The translations under genes and the position numbers were made by a program. A stretch of DNA of 64,000 nt from Yuukianura sp. NJ FZ-2021 (lineage: Eukaryota): the NCBI GenBank assembly GCA_046563655.1, contig CM102283.1, positions 4,154,001 to 4,218,000 on the forward strand, given 5' to 3'. The stretch's first letter is position 1. Each line of letters starts with the position of its first letter. Shown in pieces: positions 13,101 to 26,600 of the stretch. Under the pieces are notes generated by a model, which saw only the letters and a program-made list of their open reading frames with translations, searched no databases and was not told the DNA's origin.

Positions 13101-15748
13101 AGTACTTTTCAGGAGGATTTCAGAAAAGTAACTCATTTTCACACGGCATTCCTCCGCGTGGAGGTTTTTCGAATAATTTGTTTTGAAACAAATTTTCATA
13201 AATACAGGTAACAAGATGATGGACGACACAGCAAATGAAAGTGGGTTCTTGTAGCCCTTTTTATGAGGATTTCAAAAATATAGTTGACTCTTGCCTAGCA
13301 TCGTTCCGGAATGCATTTCTTTTGAATTCTTTGTTTTGAAACTTGAATTTTCATAAAGAAAAGTAACGAGATGAGGGACGCCACGGCAAGTGAAAGTGGG
13401 TTCCTGTAGCACTTTTTATGAGGATTTCAAAAATGTAGTTGACTTTTACCTAGCATCGTTCCGGAATGCATTTCTTTTGAATTCTTTGTTTTGAAACTTG
13501 AATCTTCATAAATAAAGGTAACGAGATGAGGGACGCCACGGCAAGTGAAAGTGGGTTCCTGTAGCACTTTTTATGAGGGTTTCAAAAATGTAGTTGACTT
13601 TTACCTAGCATCGTTCCGGAATGCATTTCTTTTGAATTCTTTGTTTTGAAACTTGAATTTCATAAATAAAGGTAACAAGATGAGCGACGACACGGCAAGT
13701 GAAAGTGGGATCCTGTAGCACCTTTTATGAGGATTTCAAAAATGCAGTTGACTTTTACCCAGCATCGTTCCGGAATGCATTTCTTTTGAATTCTTTGTTT
13801 TGAAACTTGAATTTTCATAAAGAAAGGTAACAAGATGAGGCACGACACAGCAAGTGAAAGTGGGTTCCTGTAGCACTTTTTATGAGGATTTCAAAAATGT
13901 AGTCGACTTTCTGTTCATTCTCACATTTGCGTGCTCAATCTCACAAATTTAAGTCGTTTTCGACAAAATGGTGCTTGGCATTGCCCTGGGTGCCGTTTAC
14001 CAACCCAAGATAATCTCCGAGGCAGAGCGGTTCATCCAGACTTTTAAGTACACTCTAACCAGATTTAATGGCGATCTATCCACGCCAATCAAACTTGGGT
14101 TCCTGTAGTACTTTTCAGGAGGATTTCAGAAAAGTAACTCATTTTCACACGGCATTCCTCCGCGTGGAGGTTTTTCGAATAATTTGTTTTGAAACAAATT
14201 TTCATAAATACAGGTAACAAGATGATGGACGACACAGCAAATGAAAGTGGGTTCTTGTAGCCCTTTTTATGAGGATTTCAAAAATATAGTTGACTCTTGC
14301 CTAGCATCGTTCCGGAATGCATTTCTTTTGAATTCTTTGTTTTGAAACTTGAATTTTCATAAAGAAAAGTAACGAGATGAGGGACGCCACGGCAAGTGAA
14401 AGTGGGTTCCTGTAGCACTTTTTATGAGGATTTCAAAAATGTAGTTGACTTTTACCTAGCATCGTTCCGGAATGCATTTCTTTTGAATTCTTTGTTTTGA
14501 AACTTGAATCTTCATAAATAAAGGTAACGAGATGAGGGACGCCACGGCAAGTGAAAGTGGGTTCCTGTAGCACTTTTTATGAGGGTTTCAAAAATGTAGT
14601 TGACTTTTACCTAGCATCGTTCCGGAATGCATTTCTTTTGAATTCTTTGTTTTGAAACTTGAATTTCATAAATAAAGGTAACAAGATGAGGGACGACACG
14701 GCAAGTGGAAGTGGGATCCTGTAGCACCTTTTATGAGGATTTCAAAAATGTAGTTGACTTTTACCCAGCATCGTTCCGGAATGCATTTCTTTTGAATTCT
14801 TTGTTTTGAAACTTGAATTTTCATAAAGAAAGGTAACAAGATGAGGCACGACACAGCAAGTGAAAGTGGGTTCCTGTAGCACTTTTTATGAGGATTTCAA
14901 AAATGTAGTCGACTTTCTGTTCATTCTCGCATTTGCGTGCTCAATCTCACAAATTTAAGTCGTTTTCGACAAAATGGTGCTCGGCATTGCCCTGGGTGCC
15001 GTTTACCAACCCAAGATAATCTCCGAGGCAGAGCGGTTCATCCAGACTTTTAAGTACACTCTAACCAGATTTAATGGCGATCTATCCACGCCAATCAAAC
15101 TTGGGTTCCTGTAGTACTTTTCAGGAGGATTTCAGAAAAGTAACTCATTTTCACACGGCATTCCTCCGCGTGGAGGTTTTTCGAATAATTTGTTTTGAAA
15201 CAAATTTTCATAAATACAGGTAACAAGATGATGGACGACACAGCAAATGAAAGTGGGTTCTTGTAGCCCTTTTTATGAGGATTTCAAAAATATAGTTGAC
15301 TCTTGCCTAGCATCGTTCCGGAATGCATTTCTTTTGAATTCTTTGTTTTGAAACTTGAATTTTCATAAAGAAAAGTAACGAGATGAGGGACGCCACGGCA
15401 AGTGAAAGTGGGTTCCTGTAGCACTTTTTATGAGGATTTCAAAAATGTAGTTGACTTTTACCTAGCATCGTTCCGGAATGCATTTCTTTTGAATTCTTTG
15501 TTTTGAAACTTGAATTTTCATAAATAAAGGTAACAAGATGAGGGACGACACGGCAAGTGAAAGTGGGATCCTGTAGCACCTTTTATGAGGATTTCAAAAA
15601 TGTAGTTGACTTTTACCCAGCATCGTTCCGGAATGCATTTCTTTTGAATTCTTTGTTTTGAAACTTGAATTTTCATAAAGAAAGGTAACAAGATGAGGCA
15701 CGACACAGCAAGTGAAAGTGGGTTCCTGTAGCACTTTTTATGAGGATT

Positions 15749-17600
15749 GGTGCTCGGCATTGCCCTGGGTGCCGTTTACCAACCCAAGATAATCTCCGAG
15801 GCAGAGCGGTTCACCCAGACTTTTAAGTACACTCTAACCAGATTTAATGGCGATCTATCCACGCCAATCAAACTTGGGTTCCTGTAGTACTTTTCAGGAG
15901 GAGTTCAAAAAAGTAACTCATTTTCACACGGCATTCCTCCGCGTGGAGGTTTTTCGAATAATTTGTTTTGAAACAAATTTTCATAAAAAAAATTCAGAAG
16001 ATGAGGGACGAAACAGCAAGTGAAAGTGGGTTCCTGTAGCACTTTTTATGAGGATTTCAAAAATGTAATTTAGTTTCTGTTTATTCTCACATTTGCATGT
16101 TCATTCTCACAAATTTAAGTCGTTTTGTGTCAAAATGGTGCTCGACATTGCCCTGGGTGCCGTATTCCAACCCGAGATAAAATCCGAGGTTGAGCGGTTC
16201 ATTCATACTTTCAAGTACGCTCTAACCAGATTTAATTGCGATCTATCCACGCCAATTAAACTTGGGTTCCTGTAGTACTTTTCAGGAGGATTTCAGAAAA
16301 GTAACTCATTTTCACACGGCATCGCTCCGCGTGAAGGTTTTTCGAATAATTTGTTTTGAAACAAATTTTCATAAAAAAAATTCAGAAGATGAGGGACGAA
16401 ACAGCAAATGAAAGTGGGTTCTTGTAGCCCTTTTTATGAGGGTTTCAAAAATGTAGTTGACTTTTACCTAGCATCGTTCCGGAATGCATTTCTTTTAAAT
16501 TCTTTGTTTTGAAACTTGAATTTTTATAAATAAAGGTAACAAGATGAGGCACGACACAGCAAGTGAAAGTGGGCTCCTGTAGCACTTTTTATGAGGGTTT
16601 CAAAAACGTAGTTGACTTTTACGTAGCATCGTTCCGGAATGCATTTCTTTTGAATTCTTTGTTTTGAAACTTGAATTTTCATAAATAAAGGCGACAAGAT
16701 GAAAGACGACGCAGCCAGTGAAAGTGGGCTCCTGTAGCACTTTTTATGAGGGTTTCAAAAATGTAGTTGACTTTTACGTAGCATCGTTCCGGAATGCATT
16801 TCTTTTGAATTCTTTGTTTTGAAACTTGAATTTTCATAAATAAAGGCGACAAGATGAAAGACGACGCAGCCAGTGAAAGTGGGCTCCTGTAGCACTTTTT
16901 ATGAGTATTTCAAAAATGTAGTCGACTTTCTGTTCATTCTCACATTTGCATGTTCATTCTCACAAATTTAAGTCGTTTTCGACAAAATGGTGCTCGGCAT
17001 TGCCCTGGGTGCCGTTTACCAACCCAAGATAAACTCCGAGGCAGAGCAGTTCATCCAGACTTTTAAGTACACTCTAACCAGATTTAATGGCGATCTATCC
17101 ACGCCAATCAAACTTGGGTTATTGTAGTACTTTTCAGGAGGATTTCAGAAAAGTAACCCATTTTCACCCGGCATCGCTCCGAGGAGGTTTCTGAAACAAG
17201 TTTTCATAAAGAAAAGTAACGAGATGAGGGACGCCACGGCAAGTGAAAGTGGGTTCCTGTAGCACTTTTTATGAGGATTTCAAAAATGTAATTTAGTTTC
17301 TGTTTATTCTCACATTTGCATGTTCATTCTCACAAATTTAAGTCGTTTTGTGTCAAAATGGTGCTCGACATTGCCCTGGGTGCCGTATTCCAACCCGAGA
17401 TAAAATCCGAGGTTGAGCGGTTCATTCATACTTTCAAGTACGCTCTAACCAGATTTAATTGCGATCTATCCACGCCAATTAAACTTGGGTTCCTGTAGTA
17501 CTTTTCAGGGGGATTTCAGAAAAGTAACTCATTTTCACACGGCATCGCTCCGCGTGGAGGTTTTTCGAATAATTTGTTTTGAAACAAATTTTCATAAAAA
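15749..17600. repeat. Transition zone between array-1 domains, with private monomer variants, deletions and the first allele-B inserts
   Basis: 79-bp deletion at 15748/15749. Variants gggctcc, acgtagc and ggcgacaagatgaaagacgacgcagccag occur only at ~16570-16900. Shortened divergent monomer at ~17170-17210. B inserts at ~16077 and ~17300. Confidence 0.85.
16077..16261 (+). mobile_element. Representative insert, allele B, of the integrase-like fragment
   Basis: ORF track 16093-16275 reads SHKFKSFCVK...GAVFQPEIKSEVERFIHTFKYAL; other B copies read ERFIQTFKYAL. Further B copies start at ~17300, 21482, 28688, 36818, 38212, 39685, 41234, 42706 and 43714. Confidence 0.78.
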
Positions 17601-20600
17601 AAGTCAGAAGCTGAGGGACGAAACAGCAAGTGAAAGCGGGTTCCCGTAGCCCTTTTTATGAGGATTTCAAAAATATAGTTGACTTTTACCAAAGCATCGT
17701 TCCGGAATGCATTTCTTTTGAATTCTTTGTTTTGAAACATGAATTTTCATAAATAAAGGTAACAAGATGATGGACGACACAGCAAATGAAAGTGGGTTCT
17801 TGTAGTCCTTTTTATGAGGATTTCAAAAATATAGTTGACTCTTACCTAGCATCGTTCCGGAATGCATTTCTTTTAAATTCTTTGTTTTGAAACTTGAATT
17901 TTTATAAATAAAGGTAACAAGATGAGGCACGACACAGCAAGTGAAAGTGGGTTCCTGTAGCACTTTTTATGAGGATTTCAAAAATGTAGTTGACTTTTAC
18001 CTAGCATCGTTCCGGAATGCATTTCTTTTAAATTCTTTGTTTTGAAACATGAATTTTCATAAATAAAGGTAACAAGATGAGGGACGACACGGCAAGTGAA
18101 CGTGGGTTCCTGTAGCACATTTTATGAGGGTTTCAAAAATGTAGTTGACTTTTACCTAGCATCGTTCCGGAATGCATTTCTTTTAAATTCTTTGTTTTGA
18201 AACATGAATTTTCATAAATAAAGGTAACAAGATGAGGGACGACACGGCAAGTGAACGTGGGTTCCTGTAGCACATTTTATGAGGGTTTCAAAAATGTAGT
18301 TGACTTTTACCTAGCATCGTTCCGGAATGCATTTCTTTTAAATTCTTTGTTTTGAAACATGAATTTTCATAAATAAAGGTAACAAGATGAGTAACGACAC
18401 GGCAAGTGAACGTGGGTTCCTGTAGCACATTTTATGAGGGTTTCAAAAATGTAGTTGACTTTTACCTAGCATCGTTCCGGAATGCATTTCTTTTAAATTC
18501 TTTGTTTTGAAACTTGAATTTTTATAAATAAAGGTAACAAGATGAGGCACGACACAGCAAGTGAAAGTGGGTTCCTGTAGCACTTTTTATGAGGATTTCA
18601 AAAATGTAGTTGACTTTTACCTAGCATCGTTCCGGAATGCATTTCTTTTGAATACTTTGTTTTGAAACTTGAATTTTCATAAATAAAGGTAACAAGATGA
18701 GGCACGACACAGCAAGTGAAAGTGGGTTCCTGTAGCACTTTTTACGAGGATTTCAAAAATGTAGTTGACTCTTACCTAGCATCGTTCCGGAATGCATTTC
18801 TTTTAAATTCTTTGTTTTGAAACTTGAATTTTTATAAATAAAGGTAACAAGAAGAGGCACGACACACAAGTGAAAGTGGGTTCCTGTAGCACTTTGTATG
18901 AGGATTTCAAAAATGTAGTTGACTTTTACCTAGCATCGTTCCGGAATGCATTTCTTTTAAATTCTTTGTTTTGAAACATGAATTTTCATAAATAAAGGTA
19001 ACAAGATGAGGGACGACACGGCAAGTGAACGTGGGTTCCTGTAGCACATTTTATGAGGGTTTCAAAAATGTAGTTGACTTTTACCTAGCATCGTTCCGGA
19101 ATGCATTTCTTTTAAATTCTTTGTTTTGAAACATGAATTTTCATAAATAAAGGTAACAAGATGAGTAACGACACGGCAAGTGAACGTGGGTTCCTGTAGC
19201 ACATTTTATGAGGGTTTCAAAAATGTAGTTGACTTTTACCTAGCATCGTTCCGGAATGCATTTCTTTTAAATTCTTTGTTTTGAAACTTGAATTTTTATA
19301 AATAAAGGTAACAAGATGAGGCACGACACAGCAAGTGAAAGTGGGTTCCTGTAGCACTTTTTATGAGAATTTCAAAAATGTAGTTGACTTTTACCTAGCA
19401 TCGTTCCGGAATGCATTTCTTTTGAATACTTTGTTTTGAAACTTGAATTTTCATAAATAAAGGTAACAAGATGAGGCACGACACAGCAAGTGAAAGTGGG
19501 TTCCTGTAGCACTTTTTACGAGGATTTCAAAAATGTAGTTGACTCTTACCTAGCATCGTTCCGGAATGCATTTCTTTTAAATTCTTTGTTTTGAAACTTG
19601 AATTTTTATAAATAAAGGTAACAAGAAGAGGCACGACACACAAGTGAAAGTGGGTTCCTGTAGCACTTTGTATGAGGATTTCAAAAATGTAGTTGACTTT
19701 TACCTAGCATCGTTCCGGAATGCATTTCTTTTAAATTCTTTGTTTTGAAACATGAATTTTCATAAATAAAGGTAACAAGATGAGGGACGACACGGCAAGT
19801 GAAAGTGGGTTCCTGTAGCACATTTTATGAGGGTTTCAAAAATGTAGTTGACTTTTACCTAGCATCGTTCCGGAATGCATTTCTTTTAAACTCTTTGTTT
19901 TGAAACTTGAATTTTTATAAATAAAGGTAACAAGATGAGGCACGACACAGCAAGTAAAAGTGGGTTCCTGTAGCACTTTTTATGAGGATTTCAAAAATGT
20001 AGTTGACTTTTACCTAGCATCGTTCCGGAATGCATTTCTTTTAAATTCTTTGTTTTGAAACTTGAATTTTTATAAATAAAGGTAACAAGATGAGGCACGA
20101 CACAGCAAGTGAAAGTGGGTTCCTGTAGCACTTTTTATGAGAATTTCAAAAATGTAGTTGACTTTTACCTAGCATCGTTCCGGAATGCATTTCTTTTGAA
20201 TACTTTGTTTTGAAACTTGAATTTTCATAAATAAAGGTAACAAGATGAGGCACGACACAGCAAGTGAAAGTGGGTTCCTGTAGCACTTTTTACGAGGATT
20301 TCAAAAATGTAGTTGACTCTTACCTAGCATCGTTCCGGAATGCATTTCTTTTAAATTCTTTGTTTTGAAACTTGAATTTTTATAAATAAAGGTAACAAGA
20401 AGAGGCACGACACACAAGTGAAAGTGGGTTCCTGTAGCACTTTGTATGAGGATTTCAAAAATGTAGTTGACTTTTACCTAGCATCGTTCCGGAATGCATT
20501 TCTTTTAAATTCTTTGTTTTGAAACATGAATTTTCATAAATAAAGGTAACAAGATGAGGGACGACACGGCAAGTGAAAGTGGGTTCCTGTAGCACATTTT

Positions 20601-23600
20601 ATGAGGGTTTCAAAAATGTAGTTGACTTTTACCTAGCATCGTTCCGGAATGCATTTCTTTTAAACTCTTTGTTTTGAAACTTGAATTTTTATAAATAAAG
20701 GTAACAAGATGAGGCACGACACAGCAAGTAAAAGTGGGTTCCTGTAGCACTTTTTATGAGGATTTCAAAAATGTAGTTGACTTTTACCTAGCATCGTTCC
20801 GGAATGCATTTCTTTTGAATTCTTTGTTTTGAAACTTGAATTTTCATAAATAAAGGTAACAAGATGAGGCACGACACAGCAAGTGAAAGTGGGATCCTGT
20901 AGCACTTTTTATGAGGATTTCAAAAATGTAGTTGACTTTTACCCAGCATCGTTGCGGAATGCATTTCTTTTGAATTCTTTGTTTTGAAACTTGAATTTTC
21001 ATAAAGAAAGGTAACAAGATGAGGCACGACACAGCAAGTGAAAGTGGGTTCCTGTAGCACTTTTTATGAGGATTTCAAAAATGTAGTCGACTTTCTGCTC
21101 ATTCTCACATTTGCGTGCTCAATCTCACAAATTTAAGTCGTTTTCGACAAAATGGTGCTCGGCATTGCCCTGGGTGCCGTTTACCAACCCAAGATAAACT
21201 CCGAGGCAGAGCGGTTCATCCAGACTTTTAAGTACACTCTAACCAGATTTAATGGCGATCTATCCACGCCAATCAAACTTGGGTTCCTGTGGTACTTTTC
21301 AGGAGGATTTCAGAAAAGTAACTCATTTTCACACGGCATCGCTCCGCGTGGAGGTTTTTCGAATAATTTGTTTTGAAACAAATTTTCATAAAAAAAATTC
21401 AGAAGATGAGGGACGAAACAGCAAGTGAAAGTGGGTTCCTGTAGCACTTTTTATGAGGATTTCAAAAATGTAATTTAGTTTCTGTTTATTCTCACATTTG
21501 CATGTTCATTCTCACAAATTTAACTCGTTTTGTGTCAAAATGGTGCTCGACATTGCCCTGGGTGCCGTATTCCAACCCGAGATAAAATCCGAGGTTGAGC
21601 GGTTCATTCAGACTTTCAAGTACGCTCTAACCAGATTTAATTGCGATCTATCCACGCCAATTAAACTTGGGTTCCTGTAGTACTTTTCAGGAGGATTTCA
21701 GAAAAGTAACTCATTTTCACACGGCATCGCTCCGCGTGGAGGTTTTTCGAATAATTTGTTTTGAAACAAATTTTCATAAAAAAAAAAGTCAGAAGATGAG
21801 GGACGAAACAGCAAGTGAAAGCGGGTTCCCGTAGCCCTTTTTATGAGGATTTCAAAAATATAGTTGACTTTTACCAAAGCATCGTTCCGGAATGCATTTC
21901 TTTTGAATTCTTTGTTTTGAAACATGAATTTTCATAAATAAAGGTAACAAGATGATGGACGACACAGCAAATGAAAGTGGGTTCTTGTAGTCCTTTTTAT
22001 GAGGATTTCAAAAATATAGTTGACTCTTACCTAGCATCGTTCCGGAATGCATTTCTTTTAAATTCTTTGTTTTGAAACTTGAATTTTTATAAATAAAGGT
22101 AACAAGATGAGGCACGACACAGCAAGTGAAAGTGGGTTCCTGTAGCACTTTTTATGAGGATTTCAAAAATGTAGTTGACTTTTACCTAGCATCGTTCCGG
22201 AATGCATTTCTTTTAAATTCTTTGTTTTGAAACATGAATTTTCATAAATAAAGGTAACAAGATGAGGGACGACACGGCAAGTGAACGTGGGTTCCTGTAG
22301 CACATTTTATGAGGGTTTCAAAAATGTAGTTGACTTTTACCTAGCATCGTTCCGGAATGCATTTCTTTTAAATTCTTTGTTTTGAAACATGAATTTTCAT
22401 AAATAAAGGTAACAAGATGAGGGACGACACGGCAAGTGAACGTGGGTTCCTGTAGCACATTTTATGAGGGTTTCAAAAATGTAGTTGACTTTTACCTAGC
22501 ATCGTTCCGGAATGCATTTCTTTTAAATTCTTTGTTTTGAAACATGAATTTTCATAAATAAAGGTAACAAGATGAGTAACGACACGGCAAGTGAACGTGG
22601 GTTCCTGTAGCACATTTTATGAGGGTTTCAAAAATGTAGTTGACTTTTACCTAGCATCGTTCCGGAATGCATTTCTTTTAAATTCTTTGTTTTGAAACTT
22701 GAATTTTTACAAATAAAGGTAACAAGATGAGGCACGACACAGCAAGTGAAAGTGGGTTCCTGTAGCACTTTTTATGAGGATTTCAAAAATGTAGTTGACT
22801 TTTACCTAGCATCGTTCCGGAATGCATTTCTTTTGAATACTTTGTTTTGAAACTTGAATTTTCATAAATAAAGGTAACAAGATGAGGCACGACACAGCAA
22901 GTGAAAGTGGGTTCCTGTAGCACTTTTTACGAGGATTTCAAAAATGTAGTTGACTCTTACCTAGCATCGTTCCGGAATGCATTTCTTTTAAATTCTTTGT
23001 TTTGAAACTTGAATTTTTATAAATAAAGGTAACAAGAAGAGGCACGACACACAAGTGAAAGTGGGTTCCTGTAGCACTTTGTATGAGGATTTCAAAAATG
23101 TAGTTGACTTTTACCTAGCATCGTTCCGGAATGCATTTCTTTTAAATTCTTTGTTTTGAAACATGAATTTTCATAAATAAAGGTAACAAGATGAGGGACG
23201 ACACGGCAAGTGAAAGTGGGTTCCTGTAGCACATTTTATGAGGGTTTCAAAAATGTAGTTGACTTTTACCTAGCATCGTTCCGGAATGCATTTCTTTTAA
23301 ACTCTTTGTTTTGAAACTTGAATTTTTATAAATAAAGGTAACAAGATGAGGCACGACACAGCAAATGAAAGTGGGATCCTGTAGCACTTTTTATGAGGAT
23401 TTCAAAAATGTAGTTGACTTTTACCCAGCATCGTTGCGGAATGCATTTCTTTTGAATTCTTTGTTTTGAAACTTGAATTTTCATAAAGAAAGGTAACAAG
23501 ATGAGGCACGACACAGCAAGTGAAAGTGGGTTCCTGTAGCACTTTTTATGAGGATTTCAAAAATGTAGTCGACTTTCTGCTCATTCTCACATTTGCGTGC

Positions 23601-26600
23601 TCAATCTCACAAATTTAAGTCGTTTTCGACAAAATGGTGCTCGGCATTGCCCTGGGTGCCGTATTCCAACCCGAGATAAAATCCGAGGTTGAGCGGTTCA
23701 TTCAGACTTTCAAGTACGCTCTAACCAGATTTAATTGCGATCTATCCACGCCAATTAAACTTGGGTTCCTGTAGTACTTTTCAGGAGGATTTCAGAAAAG
23801 TAACTCATTTTCACACGGCATCGCTCCGCGTGGAGGTTTTTCGAATAATTTGTTTTGAAACAAATTTTCATAAAAAAGTCAGAAGATGAGGGACGAAACA
23901 GCAAGTGAAAGCGGGTTCCCGTAGCCCTTTTTATGAGGATTTCAAAAATATAGTTGAGTTTTACCAAAGCATCGTTCCGGAATGCATTTCTTTTGAATTC
24001 TTTGTTTTGAAACATGAATTTTCATAAATAAAGGTAACAAGATGATGGACGACACAGCAAATGAAAGTGGGTTCTTGTAGTCCTTTTTATGAGGATTTCA
24101 AAAATATAGTTGACTCTTACCTAGCATCGTTCCGGAATGCATTTCTTTTAAATTCTTTGTTTTGAAACTTGAATTTTTATAAATAAAGGTAACAAGATGA
24201 GGCACGACACAGCAAGTGAAAGTGGGTTCCTGTAGCACTTTGTATGAGGATTTCAAAAATGTAGTTGACTTTTACCTAGCATCGTTCCGGAATGCATTTC
24301 TTTTAAATTCTTTGTTTTGAAACATGAATTTTCATAAATAAAGGTAACAAGATGAGGGACGACACGGCAAGTGAACGTGGGTTCCTGTAGCACATTTTAT
24401 GAGGGTTTCAAAAATGTAGTTGACTTTTACCTAGCATCGTTCCGGAATGCATTTCTTTTAAATTCTTTGTTTTGAAACATGAATTTTCATAAATAAAGGT
24501 AACAAGATGAGTAACGACACGGCAAGTGAACGTGGGTTCCTGTAGCACATTTTATGAGGGTTTCAAAAATGTAGTTGACTTTTACCTAGCATCGTTCCGG
24601 AATGCATTTCTTTTAAATTCTTTGTTTTGAAACTTGAATTTTTACAAATAAAGGTAACAAGATGAGGCACGACACAGCAAGTGAAAGTGGGTTCCTGTAG
24701 CACTTTTTATGAGAATTTCAAAAATGTAGTTGACTTTTACCTAGCATCGTTCCGGAATGCATTTCTTTTGAATACTTTGTTTTGAAACTTGAATTTTCAT
24801 AAATAAAGGTAACAAGATGAGGCACGACACAGCAAGTGAAAGTGGGTTCCTGTAGCACTTTTTACGAGGATTTCAAAAATGTAGTTGACTCTTACCTAGC
24901 ATCGTTCCGGAATGCATTTCTTTTAAATTCTTTGTTTTGAAACTTGAATTTTTATAAATAAAGGTAACAAGAAGAGGCACGACACACAAGTGAAAGTGGG
25001 TTCCTGTAGCACTTTGTATGAGGATTTCAAAAATGTAGTTGACTTTTACCTAGCATCGTTCCGGAATGCATTTCTTTTAAATTCTTTGTTTTGAAACATG
25101 AATTTTCATAAATAAAGGTAACAAGATGAGGGACGACACGGCAAGTGAAAGTGGGTTCCTGTAGCACATTTTATGAGGGTTTCAAAAATGTAGTTGACTT
25201 TTACCTAGCATCGTTCCGGAATGCATTTCTTTTAAACTCTTTGTTTTGAAACTTGAATTTTTATAAATAAAGGTAACAAGATGAGGCACGACACAGCAAA
25301 TGAAAGTGGGATCCTGTAGCACTTTTTATGAGGATTTCAAAAATGTAGTTGACTTTTACCCAGCATCGTTGCGGAATGCATTTCTTTTGAATTCTTTGTT
25401 TTGAAACTTGAATTTTCATAAAGAAAGGTAACAAGATGAGGCACGACACAGCAAGTGAAAGTGGGTTCCTGTAGCACTTTTTATGAGGATTTCAAAAATG
25501 TAGTCGACTTTCTGCTCATTCTCACATTTGCGTGCTCAATCTCACAAATTTAAGTCGTTTTCGACAAAATGGTGCTCGGCATTGCCCTGGGTGCCGTATT
25601 CCAACCCGAGATAAAATCCGAGGTTGAGCGGTTCATTCAGACTTTCAAGTACGCTCTAACCAGATTTAATTGCGATCTATCCACGCCAATTAAACTTGGG
25701 TTCCTGTAGTACTTTTCAGGAGGATTTCAGAAAAGTAACTCATTTTCACACGGCATCGCTCCGCGTGGAGGTTTTTCGAATAATTTGTTTTGAAACAAAT
25801 TTTCATAAAAAAAGTCAGAAGATGAGGGACGAAACAGCAAGTGAAAGCGGGTTCCCGTAGCCCTTTTTATGAGGATTTCAAAAATATAGTTGAGTTTTAC
25901 CAAAGCATCGTTCCGGAATGCATTTCTTTTGAATTCTTTGTTTTGAAACATGAATTTTCATAAATAAAGGTAACAAGATGATGGACGACACAGCAAATGA
26001 AAGCGGGTTCTTGTAGTCCTTTTAATGAGGATTTCAAAAATATAGTTGACTCTTACCTAGCATCGTTCCGGAATGCATTTCTTTTAAATTCTTTGTTTTG
26101 AAACTTGAATTTTTATAAATAAAGGTAACAAGATGAGGCACGACACAGCAAGTGAAAGTGGGTTCCTGTAGCACTTTTTATGAGGATTTCAAAAATGTAG
26201 TTGACTTTTACCTAGCATCGTTCCGGAATGCATTTCTTTTAAATTCTTTGTTTTGAAACATGAATTTTCATGAATAAAGGTAACAAGATGAGGGACGACA
26301 CGGCAAGTGAACGTGGGTTCCTGTAGCACATTTTATGAGGGTTTCAAAAATGTAGTTGACTTTTACCTAGCATCGTTCCGGAATGCATTTCTTTTAAATT
26401 CTTTGTTTTGAAACATGAATTTTCATAAATAAAGGTAACAAGATGAGGGACGACACGGCAAGTGAAAGTGGGTTCCTGTAGCACATTTTATGAGGGTTTC
26501 AAAAATGTAGTTGACTTTTACCTAGCATCGTTCCGGAATGCATTTCTTTTAAACTCTTTGTTTTGAAACTTGAATTTTTATAAATAAAGGTAACAAGATG

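Larger units (their letters stand above)
1..15748. repeat. Array 1 domain I: regular ~1007-bp HOR (4 x 155 + 235-bp insert-bearing unit + ~152-bp divergent monomer) with 852- and ~1162-bp variants
   Basis: Near-identical ORF-track hits start at 575, 1580, 2587, 3593, 4600, 5607, 6614, 7621, 8781, 9633, 10485, 11647, 12654, 13660, 14666 and 15518 (spacings 1005-1007, 852, 1160-1162). Diagnostic monomer variant gaaaagtaacgagatgagggacgccacgg. Only insert allele A is present. Confidence 0.93.

Noticed and set aside
16093-21376. Plus-strand 60-74 aa ORFs over the insert as functional integrase genes
   Set aside because: Only a ~55-codon frameshifted fragment is present, lacking the first two catalytic Asp residues, the rest of pol and the LTRs; it is a fossil, not a CDS.
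21770-21795. Variable A-tract (A6-A10) before gtcagaag
   Set aside because: Cannot be distinguished from homopolymer sequencing error or ordinary slippage.
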